Positions 47,108-58,023 of a stretch of 64,000 nt of DNA are shown piece by piece. The position numbers and the translations under genes were made by a program. Positions within the stretch are counted from its first letter, which is position 1, and each line of letters begins with the position of its first letter. Location: the NCBI GenBank assembly GCA_009923495.1, contig RFTJ01000001.1, forward strand, positions 12,879 through 76,878. The letters are read 5' to 3'. The notes beneath the pieces are model-generated. The model was not told where the DNA came from and did no database searches. It saw only the letters and a list, made by a program, of their open reading frames with translations. This DNA comes from Actinomycetota bacterium (GTDB lineage: Bacteria; Actinomycetota; Actinomycetes; S36-B12; UBA5976).

Positions 47108-49474
47108 TTACCGGGCAGTCAAAACCTCAAGGCTGCCTGCAGATTTCCAGATAGCGATAGCGCCATTGGTGTCAGTTCTAAATATCCTTGTGCCAAGCAG
47201 CTCGTAAAGAAGCAAAGTCTCATGGGCGGGGTGCCCGTAAGTGTTATTCGCACCGACTGAAATGACTCCGATTCGAGGTCTGAGCAACCGAGCAAACTGC
47301 TCATCCTGATTTCTAGATCCGTGGTGAGCGACTTTTAGTACATCGATTTCAGTGAGCATCGAGTATTGGCGGATGGCGCGCTGTGCTGGGGCTTCGACAT
47401 CGCCGGCAAAGACCATAGTTAACCCATGACTTTTGACTTGCAAAACTAAACTTGAATTATTGGCATCACTTCCCTGTCCCAAAATTAACTTGGCCGGCCA
47501 GATGCATTTAATACTCACTTGTGCAACCTGTAATTGGTCACCAGCAACTAGTTTCTTTGTTAACACTTTTTTATCTGCCAGAAAATTAAAAACATACTTA
47601 CTAGTAATAAATGGTTCGGAAAAGGTAGTTACCCGCACTTCACCAACTCTCCGATGCTTGAATACGCCACTTAACCCAGCTACATGGTCAGCATGGAAAT
47701 GGGTTAGCACTAATAGCGGAATATTTTTAATTCCTAAATCTCGCAAACAACTGTCAACCAGGTTTGGGTCAGGGCCTGCATCAATCACGATCGCCTGTCC
47801 TTTGGCGATTTTGATTACCGTTGCATCACCTTGACCAACATCGCAGACAATAACCTGCCATTTCCGAGGTGGCCAATTTTTTAACGAGACACTTGGTCTA
47901 GTCCAGACAAAGAGGGCGACGAGTACCAGCATCGCAACAACTAGATTGCGCCGATCTTGGTCGCCGAAATTCCAGAAGCGAAAAGCACAAATTAGTAGAG
48001 CAACGAGAATCACAGCAAAGACCGCGCCAAAAATCCCGGTAGGCAGCGGTAGTTCAAGCAGAGTTGCCCGCGTTGCAAGTTTGGCAATCTGCGCAATACC
48101 CTGTGCCGGAACGGCTACCAACCAGGCGAGAATCTGGGCCAGGGGCAGCCATACCAAAGCCAGACAAGTAAGTATTAATCCCGAAATCATCACATAGCCA
48201 GCAAGCGGCACTGCCAGTAAATTTGCTGGTATCGCCACCAAAGAAATTTTGGCACCGAGCAGAATCAAGATAGGCAGAACGGCCAATTGAGCACAAATAG
48301 TCACCACGATGCCATCTACTAGCCATTGTGGAATTGAATTAGGAAGTGCGGCTGATAACTTTTGCCCAACTGGCTTTGACCAAATCAACAATCCGGCGGT
48401 AGCTAGAACGGACAGCGCGAAACCAAAGGTGGCACTGAGCAGTGGGTCTATGACAACGAGTACGGCGACTGAAACAGCTAATACATTTATCGCTGCGGTC
48501 TTTCGCTGTAGAACAAAGGCAAGTAACATGACAAAACCCATGGCTGCAGCCCTAAGCACACTAGGCTGTGGACGGACCAGTACGACGAAACTGGCAAGAG
48601 TCAAAATGGCCACAATAAATCTCGTGGACCGAGATGTTCGGGCCAACACTAGAAACACTAACGACAGCAAAATTGTGACATTTGCCCCAGAGACGGAGAC
48701 TAGGTGTGTCAGTCCAGCGGAGCGCATTGAAGTATTCAGGTCTTTGGTTAGGTTTCGAGTATCTCCCAGGGTTAAACCTGGGATGAGTGCTTTTGCGTCG
48801 CTCGGTACATTCACTAGTGCCGAAGATAGTTTGACTCTTACTAAACTCGCCCACCATTGATAGTGCGGTGGTCCAGTAACGACAATTGGTGGCGAAAGTG
48901 CCTCACTGTATGCAACATAAGCAGACCCAACGCGCGGTGGAAACAACTTTGCCTCCACTGAAACTGTTGCGCCAGGCACCAACTGAGCAAAATCGCTTGG
49001 ATTCTGGTCGGCAAAGAGCAAAATGGGGGCACTTAATCGCCAAAGCTGCCCTGCATGCTCAATAGTCAAAACTTTCAAACGCACTGAGGTTTGGGTAGAG
49101 CTATGCCAATCTTGACCATCAAGTTTTTCTGTTGCTATTGGATCAGAACTCACGATGGCGGTCAGCTGCACTCGACTGTGCTGGTTCGCTAACGCAATGA
49201 TTGGGCTACTCAATATCGGAAAAAGTCGACTGGCGGCGAGTAGGAAGCCGAGAATGCAGCTTGCTACTACCAATCTAATTGAGTCGGGTCTTTGCCAATG
49301 ATATTTTCGAATTCGGCTAAAAGTTAATGCAAATAGGCAGAAAATGAAGCCGCCACTGAGAGTGGCAATAACTAAACTTCGTTGCAGTCCAACAAGTACC
49401 GTTACAGCGGCTGATAGCCAGACTGACACTGCAATCGGAACAAAGCGGGCATCGATGACTTGAACAGTTTTCAC
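47108..49474 (-). CDS. comEC: DNA internalization competence protein ComEC/Rec2 (with metallo-beta-lactamase domain)
   Basis: 788 aa with an N-terminal OB/DUF4131 region, a polytopic competence domain and a C-terminal HFHADHVAG (HxHxDH) motif. Confidence 0.9.
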   Translation of the reverse strand: MKTVQVIDARFVPIAVSVWLSAAVTVLVGLQRSLVIATLSGGFIFCLFALTFSRIRKYHWQRPDSIRLVVASCILGFLLAASRLFPILSSPIIALANQHSRVQLTAIVSSDPIATEKLDGQDWHSSTQTSVRLKVLTIEHAGQLWRLSAPILLFADQNPSDFAQLVPGATVSVEAKLFPPRVGSAYVAYSEALSPPIVVTGPPHYQWWASLVRVKLSSALVNVPSDAKALIPGLTLGDTRNLTKDLNTSMRSAGLTHLVSVSGANVTILLSLVFLVLARTSRSTRFIVAILTLASFVVLVRPQPSVLRAAAMGFVMLLAFVLQRKTAAINVLAVSVAVLVVIDPLLSATFGFALSVLATAGLLIWSKPVGQKLSAALPNSIPQWLVDGIVVTICAQLAVLPILILLGAKISLVAIPANLLAVPLAGYVMISGLILTCLALVWLPLAQILAWLVAVPAQGIAQIAKLATRATLLELPLPTGIFGAVFAVILVALLICAFRFWNFGDQDRRNLVVAMLVLVALFVWTRPSVSLKNWPPRKWQVIVCDVGQGDATVIKIAKGQAIVIDAGPDPNLVDSCLRDLGIKNIPLLVLTHFHADHVAGLSGVFKHRRVGEVRVTTFSEPFITSKYVFNFLADKKVLTKKLVAGDQLQVAQVSIKCIWPAKLILGQGSDANNSSLVLQVKSHGLTMVFAGDVEAPAQRAIRQYSMLTEIDVLKVAHHGSRNQDEQFARLLRPRIGVISVGANNTYGHPAHETLLLYELLGTRIFRTDTNGAIAIWKSAGSLEVLTAR

Positions 49475-50133
49475 AGGGTGAGGTATGACACCAGGTTTGC
49501 AAACACTTTCTCGCCAATGCCCGGTACATCTTTTAGTTGATCCAGAGATTTAAACGCACCGTGCTCAGTTCGCCAGGAAAGTATTCTCTGCGCCAAAACT
49601 GGACCTACACCTGGCAAGGATTCAAACTGCGCCTGACTGGAACTGTTCAGGCTGATTCGACTGGTCGAATCAGCCTCAGGCGCCGCCGCTGCGCCTTGCC
49701 CGTTTGGCACTTCGCCGATAAGAAGTAATTGACCGTCTACTAATCGAGCAGCTAAATTCACACTTCCCTTGCGGTAATTGGGAAGAAAGCCACCAGCGGC
49801 TTTTATTGCATCCGCTACTCGTGCTGAGTCTGTCAGCCAATACAAACCGGGGCGACGAACTCGGCCTTCTACGTCAACGACAATCTTTGGCGAGGGCGCA
49901 GCCGAGGAGATCAAAGCAGTTCCGCTGGCTAGCACTTCTGGGGAGCCGACAGTTTGTGGCCGGTTTGCCCACACAAATAACGCGGTTACAGCCAGGATCA
50001 AAATTGCCACTTTTATAAGCGCATGCCGAGTATGTTTTGATGAATTGAATGTGTAATCGGGCGACACAAATTCTAGATGTTCATCTTCGCGGGCAGACCA
50101 TAAGGCCCTTATGCGCTCTTCTGCGGAAGCCAT
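49471..50133 (-). CDS. comEA: ComEA-family DNA receptor (SLBB + tandem helix-hairpin-helix)
   Basis: A TM anchor followed by two HhH motifs (LPGVGPVLAQRILSWR and DVPGIGEKVFANL). There is a 4-nt overlap with comEC. Confidence 0.85.
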   Translation of the reverse strand: MASAEERIRALWSAREDEHLEFVSPDYTFNSSKHTRHALIKVAILILAVTALFVWANRPQTVGSPEVLASGTALISSAAPSPKIVVDVEGRVRRPGLYWLTDSARVADAIKAAGGFLPNYRKGSVNLAARLVDGQLLLIGEVPNGQGAAAAPEADSTSRISLNSSSQAQFESLPGVGPVLAQRILSWRTEHGAFKSLDQLKDVPGIGEKVFANLVSYLTL

Positions 50134-50247
50134 CTGGCAAGCGTAGTTTTCGAATATGAGAATTTTCTTTTTGGCAAAGTTCTGTGAATCGGATCGGGTT
50201 GTGAAATTGTGGCAATCCGATAAACCCAGGACATCTGGGTCTTTTAG

Positions 50248-51084
50248 TTAAATCTGCCTACTTAGCACCAATGCGATGGCGCCAGGTCCTAAGTGGGTTG
50301 CCACTACTGCACCTGCGGGATAAACATGAACCTGCTTGCCATCTAGTTTTTTGCTAATTTGGCTAGCTAGTTTTTCAGCTTTTGCTTGGGTCGCAACATG
50401 TAACACTGCGATATCGCAATCAACATCTTTAACGGTCACAGCGATCTCAACCATCTTTAAAAATGCCCGTTCGGAATTTCGAACCAGTTCTTGCTGCACA
50501 ATTTTCCCATCTGCAACAGCCAGAATGGGCTTAAGTGATAGCGCTGTTCCTAATCGCAGTTGCACGCTACTGATTCGTCCACCTCGTTGAAGATAATCCA
50601 AAGTGTCCACGAAGAACAGCGTTCGGGTTAATTCACATCGATTGCGAATGTAGTCTTCAACGTCATCAATACTGGCCCCGGTTGCTGCCAGCCTTGCCCC
50701 ACCAACAACTGCAAAGCCCACCGCGGAAGCGATATTATGTGAATTTATTACCCGAACTGGAAGTTCTGATTTTGCCACGGCAAGTAAGGCTGATTCGTAT
50801 GTTCCAGACAATTCAGCAGATAAGTGAACGCTGATAATTTCATCAAAACCTCTATCTAGTAACCCTTGATAGGTTTCGATGAAATCATTCGAACTAGGCC
50901 TTGAGGTGGTGACTGCTTTTCCATCTCCAAATGCAGCGATTACATCAGAAACCGAAACATCTATTCCCTCGCTGTGAGCAGCTCCAGAAATAATTACTTT
51001 GACAGGGACCACTTGAATGTTAAATTGCTCAAGCAATTCGTCGGGTATGTAAGCAGTCGAATCGGTAACGAAACCAATTTTCAT
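50248..51084 (-). CDS. DegV-family fatty-acid-binding protein
   Basis: MKIGFVTDSTAYIPDELLEQFNIQVVPVKV is the typical DegV N-terminus. 278 aa. Confidence 0.85.
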   Translation of the reverse strand: MKIGFVTDSTAYIPDELLEQFNIQVVPVKVIISGAAHSEGIDVSVSDVIAAFGDGKAVTTSRPSSNDFIETYQGLLDRGFDEIISVHLSAELSGTYESALLAVAKSELPVRVINSHNIASAVGFAVVGGARLAATGASIDDVEDYIRNRCELTRTLFFVDTLDYLQRGGRISSVQLRLGTALSLKPILAVADGKIVQQELVRNSERAFLKMVEIAVTVKDVDCDIAVLHVATQAKAEKLASQISKKLDGKQVHVYPAGAVVATHLGPGAIALVLSRQI

Positions 51085-51090
51085 GATTTG

Positions 51091-53565
51091 TTACCCAAGT
51101 ACTATGTTCACAATTTTAGGCGGGCGCACAATAATAACTTTCGGTTCTCGGCCCGCAATTTCAGCGATTACATTTTCCTGGGCTAGTGCTAAGTCGCGTA
51201 ATTGAGCTTCCGTTATTGCAGGTGGAACTTGCAATCGCTTGCGAATTTTGCCATTGACCTGCACAACACATTCGACTTCGTCAGCCACTAGTAATTCCGG
51301 ATCAACAGTTGGCCATGGAGCTAAAGCTACCGAAGGTTGGTGGCCTAGTTTGAACCACATTTCCTCTGCTGTGTACGGAGCCACAAGTGAGAGCAGGATC
51401 GCCACCGTTTCAGCAGCCTCGCGAACCGCTGAGTCGGCACCGCCAGGACCCGAGTCAATCGCCTTGCGGGTTGCGTTGACTAACTCCATAGCGCGGGCAA
51501 CCACAACATTGAACCGGTAGCTCTCAAGTGCCAGTTCGCTGTCGGCGATAACCTTATGCGTTACTTTACGCAGTGCTACATCACCTTCTGCAGGATCCGC
51601 TCCAACTGGACTTGTTACATCGCCGGAAAGGCGCCAAGCACGGGCCAAGAACTTCTTAGCGCCACTGGGTGAAACATCTGCCCAATCAATGTCATCCTCT
51701 GGTGGACCAGCAAAGACCATAGTTAAGCGAACTGCGTCTACACCGTGTGCGTCCAACTCATCGGATAGCCGTACCAGGTTGCCACGGCTCTTGCTCATGG
51801 CCGAACCGTCCATAACCACCATGCCTTGGTTGAGTAATCTCGTGAATGGCTCTTTGAAATCAACCAGTCCCATGTCGAACAGAACCTTGGTGAAGAATCG
51901 ACTGTAAAGCAGGTGCAAGATAGCATGTGTGACGCCACCAACATATTGATCAATTGGCAGCCAACGGCTTGCTTCACTGGGTTCAAAAGGCGCACTATCA
52001 AGGTGTGGGTTTAAATACCTTAGGTAATACCAAGATGAATCAACAAAGGTGTCCATCGTGTCGGCATCACGACGAGCCGGCCTGGCACAGTTTGGACATG
52101 GCACAACTGCCCAGTCATCAGCAGCCCCAAGTGGTGAGGTGCCTTTAGGTGAAAGGTCCAACTCTGCAGCATCAGGCAAAGTAACTGGAAGTTGCTCGAG
52201 TGGAACTGGCACTTCTGAACAAGTTGGGCAGTGGATGATTGGGATTGGTGTTCCCCAATACCGTTGACGACTGATTAGCCAGTCCCGGAGGCGATAATTT
52301 GTAGCAGCCTTACCTCGGTTTTGATCTTGCAGAATCTGAATCATCTTGGCGATTGCCTCGGCCTTGCCCATTCCATCGAGCGGTCCAGAATTGATGTGCG
52401 CACCATCATCAGCGGTGGCCTGCCCAGTTTCTGCTGGATCGGTTTCTGACTCAACAACAACTCGAACAGGCAGGTTAAAGGCGCGAGCAAAATCCAAATC
52501 TCGCTGATCATGGGCAGGTACCGCCATTATGGCGCCAGTTCCATAATCAGCGAGCACGTAATCGCTGGCCCAGATTGGTAAACGTTCGCCATTTACTGGA
52601 TTGATGGCATAGCGGTTCAAGAAAACGCCAGTCTTAGGGCGATCAGTAGCTAGTCGATCCATCTCGCTAGTGGACTTAACCTGTTCAAGATAGGCCGTGA
52701 AGTCGTCCTCACTCTCGGTTCCAGAGGCAAGTCTGGTTGCTAATTCGGAGTCTGCTGCCACAACGAAGAAAGTTGCACCGAATAACGTATCTGGTCGAGT
52801 TGTGTAGACCACGACAGTCTCGTCACTGCCCTCAATCTCGAAACTAACTTCAGCTCCAGTTGAGCGACCGATCCAGTTGCGTTGCATGAGTAGAACTTTT
52901 TCCGGCCAATTGCCTTCAAGTTCGGACATGTCATCCAATAGTCGGTCAGCGTAGTCGGTGATTTTGAAATACCACTGATTGAGTTTCTTTTTTGTGACCT
53001 GTGAATCGCAACGCTCACATAGTCCGCCAACAACTTGTTCGTTTGCCAGTACTGTCTGGCAAGAAGGGCACCAATTGACTGCAGAATCTTTGCGGTACGC
53101 CAGACCGCGTTCATACATCTGCAGGAATAGCCACTGGTTCCATTTGTAGTACTCAGGGTCACAAGTATTTAATACCCGATCCCAATCAAACGAGCAGGCA
53201 TACCTACGCATAGATGACTTCTGCATCGCAATGTTTTCGTAGGTCCATGACTTGGGGTCGGCACCACGTTTAATTGCCGCGTTTTCGGCAGGAAGTCCAA
53301 ATGCGTCCCAGCCAATAGGGTGCAGCACATTAAATCCTTTGTGTACCCAATAGCGAGCAATCACATCGCCAAGTGCGTATGCCTCGGCGTGGCCCATGTG
53401 TAGATCGCCTGATGGATACGGAAACATGTCCAGCACGTACTTAGTTGGCCGATTATCGTTTGCACGACCACTTCGAAATGGGGCTAATTCATCCCAAATC
53501 GGTAACCATTTGTCTTGGACTGCATGAACATCGTAAACATTCGGGTCAATAGGCGCTTCGCTCAT
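51091..53565 (-). CDS. leuS: Leucine--tRNA ligase
   Basis: HIGH-type motif HMGHAEAY and KMSKS-type motif AMSKSRGN, plus the CP1 editing domain. I prefer ATG 53565 (GGAG upstream) over TTG 53574. Confidence 0.95.
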   Translation of the reverse strand: MSEAPIDPNVYDVHAVQDKWLPIWDELAPFRSGRANDNRPTKYVLDMFPYPSGDLHMGHAEAYALGDVIARYWVHKGFNVLHPIGWDAFGLPAENAAIKRGADPKSWTYENIAMQKSSMRRYACSFDWDRVLNTCDPEYYKWNQWLFLQMYERGLAYRKDSAVNWCPSCQTVLANEQVVGGLCERCDSQVTKKKLNQWYFKITDYADRLLDDMSELEGNWPEKVLLMQRNWIGRSTGAEVSFEIEGSDETVVVYTTRPDTLFGATFFVVAADSELATRLASGTESEDDFTAYLEQVKSTSEMDRLATDRPKTGVFLNRYAINPVNGERLPIWASDYVLADYGTGAIMAVPAHDQRDLDFARAFNLPVRVVVESETDPAETGQATADDGAHINSGPLDGMGKAEAIAKMIQILQDQNRGKAATNYRLRDWLISRQRYWGTPIPIIHCPTCSEVPVPLEQLPVTLPDAAELDLSPKGTSPLGAADDWAVVPCPNCARPARRDADTMDTFVDSSWYYLRYLNPHLDSAPFEPSEASRWLPIDQYVGGVTHAILHLLYSRFFTKVLFDMGLVDFKEPFTRLLNQGMVVMDGSAMSKSRGNLVRLSDELDAHGVDAVRLTMVFAGPPEDDIDWADVSPSGAKKFLARAWRLSGDVTSPVGADPAEGDVALRKVTHKVIADSELALESYRFNVVVARAMELVNATRKAIDSGPGGADSAVREAAETVAILLSLVAPYTAEEMWFKLGHQPSVALAPWPTVDPELLVADEVECVVQVNGKIRKRLQVPPAITEAQLRDLALAQENVIAEIAGREPKVIIVRPPKIVNIVLG

Positions 53566-53613
53566 AATCTCCAAGAATACTTGAGTCTGAACAGGTAATG
53601 GAAACGCTTGGGA

Positions 53614-54678
53614 TTAGCGCAATACCCCGCGCTGGTACTGGTTTGGCCATGGGACTTCAACGCCCAAATCAGCAGCGGCCTGTAATGGCCAACGCGGATT
53701 TCCCAAAAAGGCGCGGCCGAGCATTACTGCATCTGCCTGTCCTTGCTCGACGATTGCTTGTGCTTGCTCAGCATTGTCAATCATCCCGACAGCTGAGGTT
53801 AGAATTTGTGCCTGCATTCGAATCTGGTTGGCAAATGGAACTTGGAAGCCAGGGCCTAGTGGAATCTGCGCATCAGGCGTAGTACCTGCGGATGAGCAAT
53901 CAATCAGATCAACGCCGGCTCGCTTTAACTCCTTTGCCAGAAGCACACTGTCTTCAATGGTCCAGCCACCGGCAACCCAGTCTGTGCACGAAAGTCGGAC
54001 GAAGAGTGCTCGGGCAGGAGAAATCACTACTCGAACCTCTCGAACTATTTCCAACAGCAGGCGGATTCGATTATGAAATGAGCCACCATATTCATCTGTT
54101 CGTTGATTCGAAATTGGTGACAAAAATTCATGTAAAAGATAGCCGTGGGCAACATGCAACTCAATAATGTCAAAGCCGGCGAATAAGGCTCGTTCGGCGG
54201 CCGCCACAAAATCATGACGAATTTGATCTACTTCACTTCGAGTCAATTCTTTGGGTGCTGGATAACTACCAAATGCGATTTGCGAAGGTCCTACTGTTTC
54301 CCATCCGCCATCGGTTGGCGAAAGTGGCTTTCCACCAAGCCAAGGCGAGGCACAAGATGCCTTGCGACCGGCATGGGCTAACTGAATTCCCATCTTCACG
54401 CCATGCTTGGCGGCAAAGTTTGGCAATTCGGAAAGAACTTGCGCTTGAGCATCTGACCAAATACCTAGGCAGTTTGGAGAAATCCGACCAGCTGCAGTTA
54501 CACCGGTGGCCTCCACCATAACTAATCCAGATCCACCAGTAATTAGGGAGCCGTAGTGGATGGCGTGCCAATCTTGCATCAGTCCATCAATCGCCGAGTA
54601 CTGGCACATCGGGCTAACCCAGACTCGGTTCTTGATCGAGACATTGCCCACTTGGATTGGATCAAAAAGATTTGGCAT
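53614..54678 (-). CDS. NADH:flavin oxidoreductase, Old Yellow Enzyme family
   Basis: GIQLAHAGRKAS (OYE QLxHxGR motif), an N-terminal PMCQYS segment and a TIM-barrel pattern. 354 aa. Confidence 0.85.
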   Translation of the reverse strand: MPNLFDPIQVGNVSIKNRVWVSPMCQYSAIDGLMQDWHAIHYGSLITGGSGLVMVEATGVTAAGRISPNCLGIWSDAQAQVLSELPNFAAKHGVKMGIQLAHAGRKASCASPWLGGKPLSPTDGGWETVGPSQIAFGSYPAPKELTRSEVDQIRHDFVAAAERALFAGFDIIELHVAHGYLLHEFLSPISNQRTDEYGGSFHNRIRLLLEIVREVRVVISPARALFVRLSCTDWVAGGWTIEDSVLLAKELKRAGVDLIDCSSAGTTPDAQIPLGPGFQVPFANQIRMQAQILTSAVGMIDNAEQAQAIVEQGQADAVMLGRAFLGNPRWPLQAAADLGVEVPWPNQYQRGVLR

Positions 54679-55682
54679 CAGTTTCCGATTGTTGCAACCA
54701 TTATTGCTTTAATCGTGTGCATTCGATTTTCGGCCTGATCAAAAACAACACTGAGTTCTGACTCAAATACATCGTGGGTAACTTCAAGGCCCTGGTGCAT
54801 GCCAGTCTGACTAGCAATCTCAAAACCAATTGTCGTTTGCTCGTTATGAAAGCCGGGCAAACAATGCATAAATTTCACGTCAGCCACGCCAGTTTTGGCA
54901 AGTGCCTCACGATTTATTTGGTAAGGAGAAAGTAATTTGACTCGCTCATTCCAAATTTCTGGAGATTCACCCATTGACACCCAGACATCGGTGTGTACAA
55001 ATTGTGCGCCAACTAGCGCGACATCCATGTCATCGGTCAAAGTAATTCTGGCACCGCTCTTTTTGGCAGCGTCTTGCGCGATCTTTCTAATCTCGGGTGC
55101 TGGCAATAATTCAGCTGGACCAGCTATTCGCACATCGCAACCCATAATTGCCCCCATGACTAAGAGCGAGTGGCCCATGTTGTTGCGGGCATCTCCCACA
55201 TAAGCAAAACTTAGGTCGCTTAAGTTCTTGCCAGAATGTTCAATCATGGTCTGAAAGTCGGCAAGCATCTGGGTCGGGTGCCATTCGTCCGTTAAGCCGT
55301 TGTAAACCGGAACATCTGAATACCGCGCGAGCTCTTCGACCATCTCCTGAGACTTACCACGGAATTGAATCGCGTCGTAATACCGAGATAGAACTCTAGC
55401 TGTATCTGCGATAGATTCCTTGTGACCAACCTGCGAAGACTGACCATCTAGGTAAGTGGTGTGTGCACCTTGATCAAACGCGGCAACCTCAAACGCACAG
55501 CGAGTTCTGGTCGATGTCTTTTCAAATATGAGCGCAATGTTTCGATCTTGCAGGTGTTTAACTTCGCGCCGTTCACGTTTAGCGGCTTTCAGCTCTATTG
55601 CAAGGTCGATTAGATACTGCAATTCATCCGCATTGAAATCGATTTCTTTCAGGAAATCTCGATTTTTTAAGTTCATTTGCAC
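54678..55682 (-). CDS. argF: Ornithine carbamoyltransferase (long ArgI/ArcB-type)
   Basis: [21 protein letters not shown] and HCLPGFH motifs. The C-terminus [22 protein letters not shown] is nearly identical in pattern to E. coli ArgI ([23 protein letters not shown]). Confidence 0.9.
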   Translation of the reverse strand: MQMNLKNRDFLKEIDFNADELQYLIDLAIELKAAKRERREVKHLQDRNIALIFEKTSTRTRCAFEVAAFDQGAHTTYLDGQSSQVGHKESIADTARVLSRYYDAIQFRGKSQEMVEELARYSDVPVYNGLTDEWHPTQMLADFQTMIEHSGKNLSDLSFAYVGDARNNMGHSLLVMGAIMGCDVRIAGPAELLPAPEIRKIAQDAAKKSGARITLTDDMDVALVGAQFVHTDVWVSMGESPEIWNERVKLLSPYQINREALAKTGVADVKFMHCLPGFHNEQTTIGFEIASQTGMHQGLEVTHDVFESELSVVFDQAENRMHTIKAIMVATIGN

Positions 55683-55719
55683 TCCGGGGAAGTTTGCCAG
55701 ACACCTAGCCTACCGAAGA

Positions 55720-57219
55720 TTAACCGTTTGTTGGGAAGCCCAAATTCAACCCACCATGGCTTGGGTCTAGCCAACGGCTCGTTACAACTTTGCCGCGCGT
55801 AAAGAAATGCACGCCTTCAGTGCCATGGGCGTGGGTATCACCGTACAAAGAAGCTTTCCAACCGCCGAATGAGTAGTAGGCCATCGGTACTGGGATTGGC
55901 ACGTTGATACCAACCATGCCAACTTGAACTTCGTGCTGGAATCGGCGAGCTGCTCCACCGTCATTTGTGAAGATCGCTGTGCCATTGCCGTAGGGATGCT
56001 CATTTACCAGTTTGAGTGCTTCCGCATAACTCGAAACTCTTATTACTGCCAAAACTGGGCCAAAGATTTCTTCTTGGTAAATGCTCATGTCGGTTGTGAC
56101 ATTGTCAAACAATGTTGGACCTAGGAAATATCCTCCAGTCAAAGCTTTGTCCGAAATTTCAGGTTTGCGTCCATCAACAACCAAAGTTGCCCCAGCCTCA
56201 ATGCCGGCGTCTATGTAGCCACGGACCTTATCTCGATGAACCGCGCTAATAAGCGGTCCCATGTCTGAGTTGGTTACTCCAGCACCCAAAGTGAGCGTGC
56301 TTATGCGCTGGGAAATCTTGGCAATCAATTCATCAGCAACTGGTTCAACGGCGATAAGCGCCGAAATGGCCATGCAACGCTCGCCTGCTGAGCCAAATCC
56401 AGCATTCACTGCACCATCAGCCGCTAAGTCAAGATCGGCATCAGGTAGTACCACCATGTGGTTCTTTGCGCCTCCAAGTGCCTGCACCCGCTTGCCATGC
56501 GCGGTGCCAGTTTCGTAAATGTATTTAGCAATCGGGGTTGAGCCAACAAAACTGATGGCTTTGACATCTGGATGAGTCAGTAAGCGATCAACCGCTTCCT
56601 TGTCACCGTGAACAACATTAAATACGCCTTTAGGTAAGCCGGCTTCTTTCCAAAGTTCTGCGATGTAGTTAACCACACTTGGATCTTTTTCACTCGGCTT
56701 GACGATTACAGTGTTGCCTGTTGCAATCGCAATTGGGAAGAACCACATAGGCACCATCGCCGGAAAGTTAAACGGCGAGATGATTCCAACAACGCCAAGT
56801 GGTTGGCGGATACTGTAAACATCAACCCCAGTTGAAACGCCTTCAGAATACGAACCCTTCATCAGATGTGGAATGCCGCAAGCAAATTCAACTGCTTCTT
56901 GACCGCGGGCAAGTTCGCCCTTTGCATCTTCGAGCGTTTTGCCATGTTCAGCGGTGATGAGTGCGATGACTTCATCCTTGCGAGCATTTAAGAGTTCGCG
57001 GAATTCAAACATCACAGCGACCCGCTTAGTCAGCGAAGTTTGGGCCCAAGATTTGCCGGCAGTAACGGCAGCAGCTACGGCAACATCGACGACTTCAGTA
57101 CTGGCTAGATCTACAGTGCCGGTTTGTTCGCCTGTTGCAGGGTTGAAAACAGGACCAGTTCGATCAGTTGGACCTGAATAAAATTTACCGTCAATCCAAT
57201 GGGTAATGCGATTACTCAT
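55720..57219 (-). CDS. mmsA: CoA-acylating methylmalonate-semialdehyde dehydrogenase
   Basis: ALDH superfamily with catalytic Cys context FGSAGERCMA and a C-terminus typical of MmsA/IolA (GDTHAHGTEGVHFFTRGKVVTSRW). 499 aa. Confidence 0.85.
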   Translation of the reverse strand: MSNRITHWIDGKFYSGPTDRTGPVFNPATGEQTGTVDLASTEVVDVAVAAAVTAGKSWAQTSLTKRVAVMFEFRELLNARKDEVIALITAEHGKTLEDAKGELARGQEAVEFACGIPHLMKGSYSEGVSTGVDVYSIRQPLGVVGIISPFNFPAMVPMWFFPIAIATGNTVIVKPSEKDPSVVNYIAELWKEAGLPKGVFNVVHGDKEAVDRLLTHPDVKAISFVGSTPIAKYIYETGTAHGKRVQALGGAKNHMVVLPDADLDLAADGAVNAGFGSAGERCMAISALIAVEPVADELIAKISQRISTLTLGAGVTNSDMGPLISAVHRDKVRGYIDAGIEAGATLVVDGRKPEISDKALTGGYFLGPTLFDNVTTDMSIYQEEIFGPVLAVIRVSSYAEALKLVNEHPYGNGTAIFTNDGGAARRFQHEVQVGMVGINVPIPVPMAYYSFGGWKASLYGDTHAHGTEGVHFFTRGKVVTSRWLDPSHGGLNLGFPTNG

Positions 57220-57240
57220 ATATCGCTCCTAGTTTGGTAT

Positions 57241-57316
57241 TGGTGGAGCTGAGGGGACTTGAACCCCTGACCCCCTGCATGCCATGCAGGTGCGCTACCA
57301 GCTGCGCCACAGCCCC
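57241..57316 (-). tRNA. tRNA-Ala (anticodon GGC), CCA encoded
   Basis: The cloverleaf folds by hand: acceptor GGGGCTG/CAGCTCC with the G3:U70 alanine identity pair, anticodon arm CCTGC-ATGGCAT-GCAGG, T arm AGGGG-TTCAAGT-CCCCT, then ACCA. Confidence 0.95.
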
Positions 57317-57361
57317 GGACTTATTAATGCTACCGCAGAACATAATTGGTCGGCGACTGGC

Positions 57362-58021
57362 TTAACGGTCATCACCCATAACAGGTTCCGGCAGCGAACC
57401 TGCGTTGTATTCGGCTAAGCGCCACTGCAATCCTGGCGGGCGGGGAATGTTTTCATCGAGCTCCTGAAGTACTGTCCATTGCGCATTTGCTAGTACCCCG
57501 AGTGCAGTCCATTGCGCTGGTTCAAGGGCTAACAATCTGCCCAGTCCTGCGCGCAGCGCTCCACCATGTGAAGCAACAACCAAAGTGCCACCGTCTGGAA
57601 CTGAAGTTAGTGCGCCATTGATCGCCCGCATTACCCGCTGGGCTACTTCCAATCGAGTCTCGCCACCACCAGGGCGCACATTTGAGTCGCCACCCCATGC
57701 GGAGTAGTCACTAGCGAAGCGTTCCATTAATTCGGTTTTTGTCAATCCTTGCCACTGACCGGCAAATGTTTCACGTAAATCTGGATCGACCTGTACTTCC
57801 AACTCGGCCAGGCGTGCTAGCGCTCGGGCCGTGTCTAGGGCGCGCGACAAATCACTGGACACGATATGAGTGGGTTGCAGGCCAACTAAAGTTTGCGCGG
57901 CTCGCCGAACCTGATCAAACCCAACTTCATCCAATGGCACATCTTCTTGTCCTTGAAATCGGCTTACCGAATTCCATGAGGTGCGCCCGTGGCGCCAGAG
58001 AACAAGTGTTCTACCAGCCAC
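57362..58021 (-). CDS. Histidine phosphatase family protein (phosphoglycerate mutase-like)
   Basis: RHG motif LWRHGRTSWN and distal SHGG. It sits downstream of rsfS, the position occupied by gpgP-like genes in other actinobacteria. Confidence 0.8.
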   Translation of the reverse strand: MAGRTLVLWRHGRTSWNSVSRFQGQEDVPLDEVGFDQVRRAAQTLVGLQPTHIVSSDLSRALDTARALARLAELEVQVDPDLRETFAGQWQGLTKTELMERFASDYSAWGGDSNVRPGGGETRLEVAQRVMRAINGALTSVPDGGTLVVASHGGALRAGLGRLLALEPAQWTALGVLANAQWTVLQELDENIPRPPGLQWRLAEYNAGSLPEPVMGDDR

Positions 58022-58023
58022 AG

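Noticed and set aside
50224-50240. The hairpin ACCCAG-gacat-CTGGGT just downstream of degV was considered as an intrinsic terminator.
   Set aside because: On the minus (coding) strand the stem is followed only by TTAT rather than a U-tract. It has a 6-bp stem and is at best a weak terminator or an mRNA-stabilising hairpin.
50134-50247. An SOS/LexA box was considered upstream of comEA (TTCGAATATGAGAATT).
   Set aside because: It does not match the actinobacterial TCGAAC-N4-GTTCGA palindrome. Only one half-site is similar.
54678-55682. The ornithine carbamoyltransferase was considered as evidence of an arginine deiminase (ADI) pathway.
   Set aside because: No arcA, arcC or arcD is adjacent. 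OTC class alone cannot establish the direction of the pathway.
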